Assembly (NCBI RefSeq): GCF_006345805.1
Contig: NC_042998.1
Span: 90,024,001-90,088,000 of the forward strand
DNA length: 64,000 nucleotides
Direction of reading: 5' to 3'
DNA from: Octopus sinensis
Taxonomy: Eukaryota
Each line of letters opens with the position of its first letter. Within the stretch, counting starts at the first letter, position 1. The position numbers and the translations under genes are program-made. The notes under the pieces are model-generated. The model saw only the letters and a program-made list of their open reading frames with translations, did no database searches and was not told the DNA's origin. Positions 54,050 through 64,000 of this stretch are shown one piece after another.

Positions 54050-54945
54050 GAGGCTGTCTACGTCTGCTCGCACCCACAAACGAGACATTGAGTATGTTTC
54101 ACCAAGCTTACGGCGACAAAGCAATGAGCCGTACGCAATATTTCGAGCGGTACGCACGCTTCAAAAGCGGCGAAACATCCCTGGAACATGAGGCGTGTCT
54201 CTACCAAGTTTGTCCCCCACCTGCTGACCACTGAGCAGAAAGAACATCGAGTCGAAGTCTGTCAAGATCTCCGTCAACGTGCCGCTGATGACCCATCCTT
54301 CATGTCATGGATCATCACTAGTGACGAGAGTTGGGTCTACGAGTACGACCCCGAGACGAAGCAGCAGTCGTCTCAATGGAAGAGCCGTTCATCTCCACGA
54401 CCGAAGAAAGTACAACAGAGCCGCAGCTCAATCAAGAGTAAGCTCATTGTTTTTCCGCCATCCGCGGTATTATGCATCGAGAATTCGTCCCCTAGGGTCA
54501 GACCATTGATCGAGTTCTAATGCGACGTTTTGAAACGTTTGAGGGGGGACATCCGGCGAAAGCGACCGGATCTGTGGAGTGTTAAGAATTGGATTCTTCA
54601 CGAAATCATGTCACTGAGCTCTCCTCACTCGTGATTTTTTTTGCGAAAAACAACATAGTACCGCTCCCGCACCCGCCTTCTTCACCAAATTTAAGACCTG
54701 CGGACTTTCTTCCCTTCCCCAATATGAAAATGCAACTCGAAGGTCACCGTTTTAACACGGTTGTCGAGATGCAGAGCGAATTGCAGAAGGTCCTCGACTC
54801 ACTTACGGAAAACGACTTCCGGGCCGGATTCCAAAAGTGGCAGAAATGCTTAGACCGGTGTATTACTGTGCGGGGTGACTATTTCAAAGGAGATTATGTT
54901 AAAATATTGGTAAATAAGTTACTTTTTATTAAACATAAATAGTCC
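54050..54945 (+). mobile_element. mariner (DD34D) fragment, 5'-truncated and internally deleted
   Basis: QAYGDKAMSRTQ..RFKSG, KFVPHLL, IITSDESW, HPPSSPNLRPADF, RCITVRGDYF. Confidence 0.9.
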
Positions 54946-55370
54946 ACAGTGTAAGCATGGTACATATTACCAAACCATACTCGTTTGCAAAGCTGGCTGT
55001 ACGTGTGAATTCTATATATTAACATAACCTCAAGTTTTGCCAATATAAGCAACTTCAAGTAACGTAATATATAAGGCTTGTTTCATCTTCATTTATTCTC
55101 ACAATATAATTTATTATTAAAGGCTATCGAATTTTCGAATTTTTAAACGTTACTTGTCATTGACAGCTGCATAAGGAGATTGATGTGAATCGAATATGTA
55201 TGTGAGAATGAACACACTCAATTTCAATTATGTAGCAGCTAATGAGAAACATTGTCTAAAACTTTGAAACATGATGATTGAATTACACAATTACACACAC
55301 ACGTGAGTGTATGTGTGTGTGATTATGTGTGTATGTGTGTGCACACGTGTTTGTGTATGTGCGTGTGTGT

Positions 55371-55444
<74 letters not shown>

Positions 55445-55703
55445 ATGATCGTTTCACTTCGCATATGTAAATCGATGTTCAAATAGTAAAGTATACTGCG
55501 TATCAGAATATGTAAAGAAGGAAACATAAAAAAAGTCAATATTACCTCATGGACCATGTATCTACGAAACTACAGGTTGCTATCTAATACATAATATTCG
55601 GCTTTAAACTACATGCATATATGCATATGCACATACACACGAACATACAGACATACATACATACATACATACATACATACATACATACATACATACATAC
55701 ATG

Positions 55704-55763
<60 letters not shown>

Positions 55764-55829
55764 CACACTCTTTACTCTTTAACTTATTCCAGCCATGCGG
55801 CTGCGGTCATGCTGGTGCATCACCGAGGT

Positions 55830-56790
55830 CCTTCTGTATGTGCCTCTGTCCCAACTGTTGGCCCATTTGGTGTATAAGAGAGTTTGATTACGCTGCTCTC
55901 GTCTGCACCTCATGTTAGGTTGTTGGGTTGTTGGTTCATCCGATATTATGGGGAGGATGACGCCCTGTTCCTTTTTAAAGACATCTGTAAGCTTACGATG
56001 TCATCTTGGTTTTTTTATTGCCTGTGCTAATTTTGTATCATCAGCATAGCTAATGACAGTGGCTGTCTTAATGACAGTAGGCATGTCTAAGCGGGCTATT
56101 ACAAACAATAATGGCCCCAGAAAAGTTCCCTGGTGGACGCCACTTAGGATTTGAGTTTCCTCAGAAAGGGCAGCATCGGCTGCAACTATCTGACTTCTGT
56201 CTTTAAGAAAGTCATGCAGCCACTCTCCCAGTTTACCAGCAATGCCAAGGTCTCGTAGCTTTTGACATATAATGCCATGATCTCCTTACCAGATTCCTTT
56301 GCAAAGTTAAGGTACATCATGCTGACATCTGAATGGTCAGGTAGCTGTTTCAAAACCAAGTCATAGTGTTGCAAGAGTTGTGTGAGGCAGCTTCTTTGTG
56401 GGCGGAAGTCATGCTGAGTATTGTTCAGTAGGTCATTTTCTTCTAGGCGCATTATCAACTCCTTTCTGACGATTCACTCCATGACTTTACTTATATGTGA
56501 AGTCAGAGAGATTGACCTGTATTTTTTGGCCTCTGCTCTGCTTCCACCTTTGTGGATAGGGCATATAATGCCTTCTTTCAGCTTTTTAGAAAGTTTACCA
56601 CTTGCAAGGAAAATTTGGAAAAGTATCTGAAGTGGTTTCGCCAAAGCCTTCTTACATGACTTCTGAAGAATAGCTGCGAAGCCATCAGGACCAGTTGTGG
56701 AGCATGTGCTCATTTTATCAATGGCCACTGTTACATCTCTCTCCTCAATGTTGATTTAATCGATGACTGGTGCCTCCTTTTTTATAGCAA
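55830..56790 (-). mobile_element. CR1-group LINE RT fragment joined to its 3' end
   Basis: YRSISLTSHI, QHDFRPQRSCLTQLL, GVHQGTFLGPLLF, SYADDTK. Confidence 0.85.
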
Positions 56791-56829
56791 TATTAAAGAA
56801 TTCAGCCGGATTTATATATAGAGAGAGAG

Positions 56830-57440
56830 GCCAAAGTGTACGCACGCCGCTATATTTTATATATATAAAATACAAAAATGGGACAAGAACGCAAAATATC
56901 CAGACAGTTAGGTGATACAAAAAAAGACAACAAAATATTCAGACAAACGATACAAGGAAAACAAGGACGGGTCATTCCGAATTTTCTATCCTCAGTTGAG
57001 TTCCAGATTATCTTTGCAATTTCGGCTAGTTATACACGAGATTGCTCCAATCTGGCCAGCACCAAGGAAAAAATAAGCTAAGAGCATTAGATTCCTTGGA
57101 AGAAAGCAGCGAATGTATACGAAAACAAGGACTGAAAAAAAACCAGAGAAATGTTACACAAATACAAATGGAATTAGCAGGACATAACAAGGTATCTTTC
57201 GACTAAGGACGAATTAAATTAAGCTTACGTGTGTGGAAGTAAAGCCTTACAGCAGTGACATTAGATTTAATCGGCACAGGGAGGAATATAGATGTTACAG
57301 GGATGGTAGTCAAACCAAGAAAGAAAGGTCAGGCCTGGCCGAACACCTGTCAAGTGGGGAGAGAAAAGAGAGAAGTAGAGGCAGAAGGATAGAAGAATTA
57401 AGGAGAGGCGAGAAATAAATGAAAGAGATACAGTGAAGTG
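56830..57440. repeat. Second copy of the 8661-9389 repeat family
   Basis: Shared GGGACAAGAACGCAAA, GCAATTTCGGCT, GAGCATTAGATT and GAATGTATACGAAA blocks. Confidence 0.7.
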
Positions 57441-57511
57441 AAAAAGGAGGGAAAGTGAGCATGTATATATATATATATATATATATATATTTCTATATAT
57501 ACATACATATG

Positions 57512-57566
<55 letters not shown>

Positions 57567-57617
57567 AATACACATATCTATAGTATATATAATATATATT
57601 TATATGTACATTGTGTA

Positions 57618-57669
<52 letters not shown>

Positions 57670-57688
57670 CTATATATGCATACATATG

Positions 57689-57758
<70 letters not shown>

Positions 57759-58123
57759 TACACTCTACATACTCTCAGACATACAAATATGGATGGGTGG
57801 GAATTTGTCTGTGCCTGTTTGTGCGCGTTTGTGTAAATTTAGCCACCCTCAAAATATACCGAATGATAGCGGATGTGAACCTACCTAATCAGGGCTGTAT
57901 ATATGTATGTATTTACGTACATATGGTTCCAAGTATATATGTATGTATGTGTGTATGTATGTATGTATGTATGTATGTATGTATCTATGTATCTATGTAT
58001 GTATGTATGTATGTATGTATGTATGTATGTATGTATGTATGTATGCATGTATGTATGTATGCATGCATGTATGTATGTACGCATGCATGCATGCATGTAT
58101 GTATATATGTATGTATATATGTA

Positions 58124-58167
<44 letters not shown>

Positions 58168-58739
58168 GATTGGCCAACCTCGCACCCTCTGCTATTAGTG
58201 GCTAACAAATACAATCACATCTTAGTTTTTCCTTCCAACCATTTCCTCCACTACCGTCATCCGTATTTCCACCACCACCACCAACAACAACATCGCTATT
58301 ACCACATCCCTTATCTAAATTTTTAGCTCCTTCGTTTTACCCTATTTCCTACCCTAAACCTACCAGCATCCTCTATATTTATTCCCGGATTCCCTCTTTA
58401 GGCGGAACAAGTCTTTTATGCATGCATTAAAGTTATCTCCCTAACCCACCATATATTTACAAACACACTATACCAATGCACACAAATACATCTGTATACA
58501 CATCACATTATATAGACATATATTTATATACATTCCAAATTAGGTTCATATAAAAGGATTTTCGCAATCACATACACAAACTCATACACCTTACTCCACA
58601 CACATACACACACACACGTACATATACGCAAAACACATACTCATGTACTCAGACAAACGCTTATCCATTTTACACAAATTGTGGCCTATAAATTTGCTAC
58701 GTTTCAAACAGGAAATCTGTTGAAATATTACGTTACTAA

Positions 58740-58945
58740 TGTAACATGGCCAGCAATTTTGAGGGGAGAAGTAAGTTGATAACATCGATACTAGAGCTCA
58801 GCTGGCACTTATTTTATCGACTCTGGATAGATAAAATGCAAAGTCAGTCAACTTCGTTGGCATTAATACTTAAAGCGTAAAGAGCCGGACGAAATGCTGC
58901 TGAGCACTTTCTTCGACGCTTTAAGAATTCTGCCAGCTCACCGCT
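58740..58945 (-). mobile_element. SINE family A (decayed)
   Basis: Reverse head and core similarity. Confidence 0.75.
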
Positions 58946-59799
58946 TTTGTTTAAATTTTGGCACAAGGTCAGTAATCAATGGCCGAGAGAAAACATATAG
59001 ATCGAGAGAAAACTCACAGAAAAGATACTCTGTAAACGGAAGTAAGGCGGCAGTAATGACAGCCCCAGGTGATGATAGGTCTCAAAAGAGGAACATCAGA
59101 CGAAAATCCAAAATGATAACAACGGAACAAGGATATGTGAGAAAAGCAAAAGCAGCAATTTTTTTCAAAGGAGACTTGCTAATTCTTTCTATATGTATCT
59201 TAGCCTCCTAGCTTATGTTTTTTTGAGACAGACGCCGTAGTGAGATGGTTAAAGTTCTATGAAACAAATTCGCAAACGAGTTCGATTCTCATGTGAGTCT
59301 TAATCAATTACGTCTATGTTTTGATGAACTGCATGAAGAACACCACTTCATATTTACCTCACTCTGTAAACTGAAGAAATTTCTATGCAAATAAACCTGA
59401 TTTATGTTAACGTATGGCGCTCTGATGTTGTAATATTTATGAAAGTAACTTGATACCTGGTATATAGCCTCACATGCTAAGCTGGACGTCCTCGGGCAAA
59501 GATAAGATCATAGCTTCCTATTTGTATTAATTCAGGTTTGTAGAGCAGAGAAGTTCGTTGAAAGTAGTGAAGGAATGAATGCAAGCTTTAGAGAATCATG
59601 TATTCATTGATCGTTAAGCACGTACATCATTCTGAACTAGACCGTTTCATTTAGTCGTCAGAAATCGATAAAATTACTAGTAAAACACTGGTGTTGATTC
59701 GTTATGACTTTACCATTTGAGTTATGAAACTGAGCTTGTAGCACGCCAAAAAATTCTATATTTTAAAAAATTGATTTATTAGTTGTGTGAGAGAGAGAG

Positions 59800-59870
<71 letters not shown>

Positions 59871-60171
59871 ATAGGTTGGACGTTTTGTTTAGCTGCTCAT
59901 GTTCCCTCAACAGCGTTACCGATATACTTAAAGAGAAATTACTATTGTTGAAATCTGAAACCGGTTCGCAAATTTTTAGTGTATATATCTTGAGTCCATT
60001 TCTCTAACCATAAGAGTATAAAGTATTCAAACCAGATATTCTGATGCCGAACTGGTATTATTCAGAGTCATATTTTCTTTCTTTTAATCGTTTTATACTC
60101 AATTGATAGTTTCAAAAATAACTACTGTATTTAAAAATAAACAATATATTTACCACTGGACTATTTTAATA

Positions 60172-61446
60172 TCAGGTCATCCTATAAGTTCTGTCCGAAT
60201 TTTGAATAAAGAAAGCAAGTGATTAAATGTTATATTTAATTGAAATTTAATCATCAATGTACTTTTCCTGGTTATTTATGACTTCCTTCCATCTATTTAC
60301 AAGCTTTTTAATCCCATCAATGTAAAAGTCTTTTGGTTTCAAAGCGAAGAACTCTGAAATGTCAGTTTCGACCTCCTGCTGGCTTGCGAAAATTATGACT
60401 CCCAAATGATTCAGTAAACTAGGAAACAAATGGTAGTCTAAAGGAGCAAGGTCGGGAGAATAAGGTGGATGAGGTATTTTTTCCCAACCAAGCTCTTCAA
60501 TCTTCCGTGATGTGATCTTTGCAGTGTGGGGCCGCGCATTGTCCTGATGAAATATCACTCCTTTTCGATTCACTAAAGCGGATCTTTTTTTCTTCAAAGA
60601 TTGGTTCAAACGCCCTAATTGCTGACAGTAGACTTGAGCATTTATTATTGCATTAGGTGGTAACAATTCAAAGTGAATTACCCCTTTGCAATTCCACCAG
60701 ATAGAGAGAAGAACTTTTTTCCTATGAAGTTCCCTTCTTGGTTGTGGCGGAGCTTTTTCCCTTTTACCAAGCCGCTGTTACGACGTTTAACATTTCGATA
60801 GAAGATCCATTTTTCGTTCCTAGTCACAAGTCTACCCAAAAAGGGTGAAATGAGTTCGCGAGAATGGAGAGAAGAGCAGATGTCAACTCAGGATTTGAGG
60901 TTGCTTTCGGACAATTCATGAGGAACCCATATTCCAAGTTTAGGAACCTTTCCAAGTTGTTGAAGATGACGATGAACAGTTGTATGGTTTGAACTAAGCT
61001 TTATTACCAATTCTTCAACTGATAATGCAGGATTTTCTTCAAGTAATGTCTCAAGGAGCTTATCATCAAACTCAACTGGACGTTCTGTTCGATCTTCATC
61101 TTCAAGGCTGAAATCTCCACTTCTGAATTTTGCAAACCATCTTCTGCAAGTTCTTTCATTCAAGCATTCTTTCCCATAAACTGAGTGTGTTTCGTGTCGC
61201 TTCGACTACAGAGTTTCCTTTTTTATACTCATAAAGCATTATGTGCCCCAAATGCTCTTAGGATACTTACATGTTTTAATCAAAGAAATTTTAATTATAT
61301 TATTCTGTAAAATAATATTTAGTTAGTTTAGATATACACAAATGCATAAAAATAATTTTTAATTCCATTAGATATTCTAAAACACTATTAAATTCCATTC
61401 AATTTTAAAAAAGGTAAATTCAGACAGAACTTATGGGATGACCTGA
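60172..61446 (-). mobile_element. mariner element, full length (1275 bp)
   Basis: TIR TCAGGTCATCC.ATAAGTTCTGTC.GA at both ends; TA TSD at 60170-71 and 61447-48. Confidence 0.95.
60247..61272 (-). pseudogene. mariner DD34D transposase, disrupted
   Basis: WFAKFRSGDFSLED, WVPHEL, degenerate first D (VTRNEKW), HQDNARPH, HPPYSPDLAPLDYHLF. Confidence 0.93.
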
Positions 61447-61649
61447 TAGAAAGATAATCGTTTTATACTCAATTGATAATTTCAAAAATAACTACTGCAT
61501 TAAAAATAAACAATATATTTACCACTAGACTATTTTAAATAGAAAGATATTTATTTACCACAAACAAAACAAAGCCTCATATTTACTAACGATAAGAAGC
61601 AACTGATTGATGTTCATGCATTTCCCGTGCAATATTAGCCACATTAGAA

Positions 61650-62047
61650 GGTGGCGAGCTGGCAGAAACGATAGCACGCCGGGCGAAATGCTTAGCAGTA
61701 TTTCGTCTACCGCTACGTTCTGAGTTCAAATTCCGCCGAGGTCAACTTTGCCTTTCATCCTTTCGGAGTCGATTAAATAAGTACCAGTTACGCACTGGGG
61801 TCGATGTAATCGACTTAATCCGTTTGTCTATCCTTGTCTGTCCTCTCTGTGTTTAGCCCCTTGTGGTTAGTAAAGAAATAGGTATTTCGTCTGCCGCTAC
61901 GTTCTGAGTTCAAATTCGGCCAAGGTCGACTTTACCTTTCATCCTTTCGGGGTCAATAAATTAAGTACCAGTTGCATACTGGGGTCGATCTAATTGACTG
62001 ACTCCACCTCCCCAAAAATGTTGGGCCTTGTACCAAGAGTAGAAAAG
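61650..62047 (+). mobile_element. Dimeric SINE family A with 19-bp TSD
   Basis: AATATTAGCCACATTAGAA at 61631-49 and 62048-66. Confidence 0.92.
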
Positions 62048-62159
62048 AATATTAGCCACATTAGAAACTAAAGCACAAAAAGAAATGTAAACTCTCGATT
62101 CCCTTACATTTTATTCAGAAGAAAACTTTTAAAAATGGAAATATATAGCCGTGTATTAG

Positions 62160-62393
62160 AAGTTTGCTTCCCAACCACATGGTTCTAGTTCAGGCTCAGT
62201 ACCAAAGCCTTGTGAGAGGATTTGGTAGACGGAAACCGAAAGAAGCCCGTCGTATAAGTATGTGTGTGTTTTGTGCTTGCATTTGTCATCCCCACCCCAC
62301 CGCTTGACAATCGGTGATGATTTGTTCGACTAACTCCTTTAAGGTGGTGCCTCAACATGGCTGAAGTCCAATGACTGAAACAAGTAAAAGATA
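62160..62393 (+). mobile_element. SINE family B, internally deleted
   Basis: Partial head, GGATTTGGTAGACGGAAAC body, GAAACAAGTAAAAGA tail. Confidence 0.8.
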
Positions 62394-62946
62394 GATGAGT
62401 CTTTCTTACTGCATTATAACCGTTTGGAAAAGTGAAGAAATTCCTATAAAAGACGGTTTTCAAACTAATTAAATTCGGTTGTGTTACATTAGTTTCTTAG
62501 AATTTATGTTAATCAGATTATTATAATGACGGTAGTATGTATATCAAAAAAACCTGTTTCCTTGTTTAAGAACACATTTCCTGATTGAAATATATTCCGC
62601 GACCCAGTTACCATCATGAGCTGCAGAATTTTCTCTTCGCTAAGGTTGTTAAGTAAGCCACTAACGACACACTAATGAATTCCCTTCTTCGCAATAAAAC
62701 TCAAGCCTTTTTAATTAATGTAATCATCTAGTTGGTTGTAACATCAACACTGTGAGTGATTGTTCTCTTTAACAGACATATAAGAAAATCTTGGTTCGAA
62801 AGGCAGGGTAAGACGTGATCATTTAAGCTCTCTTTCAATTTAGTCAATTGATATAACTATATCGTATAGGCGCAGGAGTGGCTATGTACGCGCAAGAGTG
62901 GCTGTGTACGCGCAGAAGTGGCTGTGTGGTAAGAAGATTGCTTCCC

Positions 62947-64000
62947 GAGGAGCTGGTAAGGGCGGTCATAAAGATGGACGGAGTGCTGGAGAAGACAAGG
63001 AGTTTTACTGAGGCCACGGAGATGAAGCGAAGGGAGTTGGACTTGGGTGGTCTGAAGGAGTATGAGAAGATGGTACAGAAGGTGGGCGGCGACATGAGGT
63101 TGTTACCCCCCGCCAAAGGAATGATGGAGCGGATGGAGAGAAATACGATCACCTATAAGGTGTTCTCGTTAAAAGAAAAAAAGGCCGAGCAGGTGGAAGC
63201 TGAAATGGAAAACGTACAAAGGGAGCGGTCAAAGAAAATAACATACATAACTAAAGAAAGGAGATATGGGACAATGGTCATCCAGTTTAGGACAGTAGAG
63301 GAGGCGAGGAGGCTGGTGAGTGTAGCAGTGAAAACAGAGGAAGTAGTACTTCTGCCCACATACCTTGGAAGAAAGACATCCAAGGTAAGGGTAGAAGCAA
63401 TCCTACCTGATATAGAAGTGGCTTGGGCGGTGGCGTCTGTCCTTGTTAGAAGTGAGGATAAAGTGGCTGTCCTTCAAGCCACAGAAACGGAAGAAGGAGG
63501 ATGGAAAGGGAAGACACTAGAACTAATTATACAGATGGAGGAGGGACAACTGGAGAGTTTGGCAGAGACGGTGACGTTGGGGGAAATTGTGCTGAGAGTA
63601 AGGTAGAGGGCAGGGTACCAAGTTGTTTTAAATGTGGCCAAAAGGGCCACGTTAGAGCATACTGCCCTCTACAGAGGACAATAGCTGAGGAAACAGTTGT
63701 GGAGACGGAAGAGAAAAGAGATGAAGAAAAGACAGACGGAGGAAAGGAGAAAAAGGGGGAAGAATGGAGAGTAACGGAGAGTAGAAGGAAGGAGAGAAAA
63801 AAGAAAGAACACTGAGTGTGATGTGGTACTCCAGTCCAACTCCATCCCACCCAAGACCACTGAGACCCACCCTCTCCATTCACCCACCCCATTTCCCCAC
63901 AGGAAAAAAAGAGCAGACACCTCAGAATTTAGAAGACCCTCCCCCGGTGAAAAAGGTTACGAGAAAGTGCAGTCATGGAGCGATAGCGGAACTGGAACAT
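62947..64000 (+). mobile_element. Non-LTR retrotransposon ORF1 (L1/Tx1-like, gag-type zinc knuckle), continues beyond the window
   Basis: E/K-rich ORF of ~220 codons, then a frameshift to VEGRVPSCFKCGQKGHVRAYC (CX2CX4HX4C); no RT visible to confirm the clade. Confidence 0.7.

Noticed and set aside
59225-59295. tRNA-like A/B boxes (also ~21200-21262 and ~50700-50785)
   Set aside because: No cloverleaf; these look like decayed SINE heads, not tRNA genes.

Overview
AT-rich, microsatellite-dense eukaryotic DNA. The SINE families match those I recognise from coleoid cephalopods (Octopus-like; this assignment is inference). I found no intact host protein-coding gene, rRNA, tRNA or CRISPR array. 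The window is a mosaic of transposons: two Tc1 (DD34E) elements, one with 224-bp IR/DR-type TIRs; two mariner (DD34D) elements; a near-full-length RTE LINE; a near-full-length CR1-group LINE with an unusual ORF1 (Myb/SANT-like domain plus two CCCH fingers); a Penelope-like element (RT + GIY-YIG) with inverted termini; R4/Dong, CR1 and L1/Tx1-like fragments; about 20 tRNA-derived SINEs; and several foldback/MITE structures. The most notable pattern is a recurring non-coding architecture: Penelope-type termini carrying hammerhead ribozyme (HHR) motifs, joined as inverted pairs beside (TA)n tracts. One copy (53402-53443) has a complete catalytic core. All folds and translations were done by eye.
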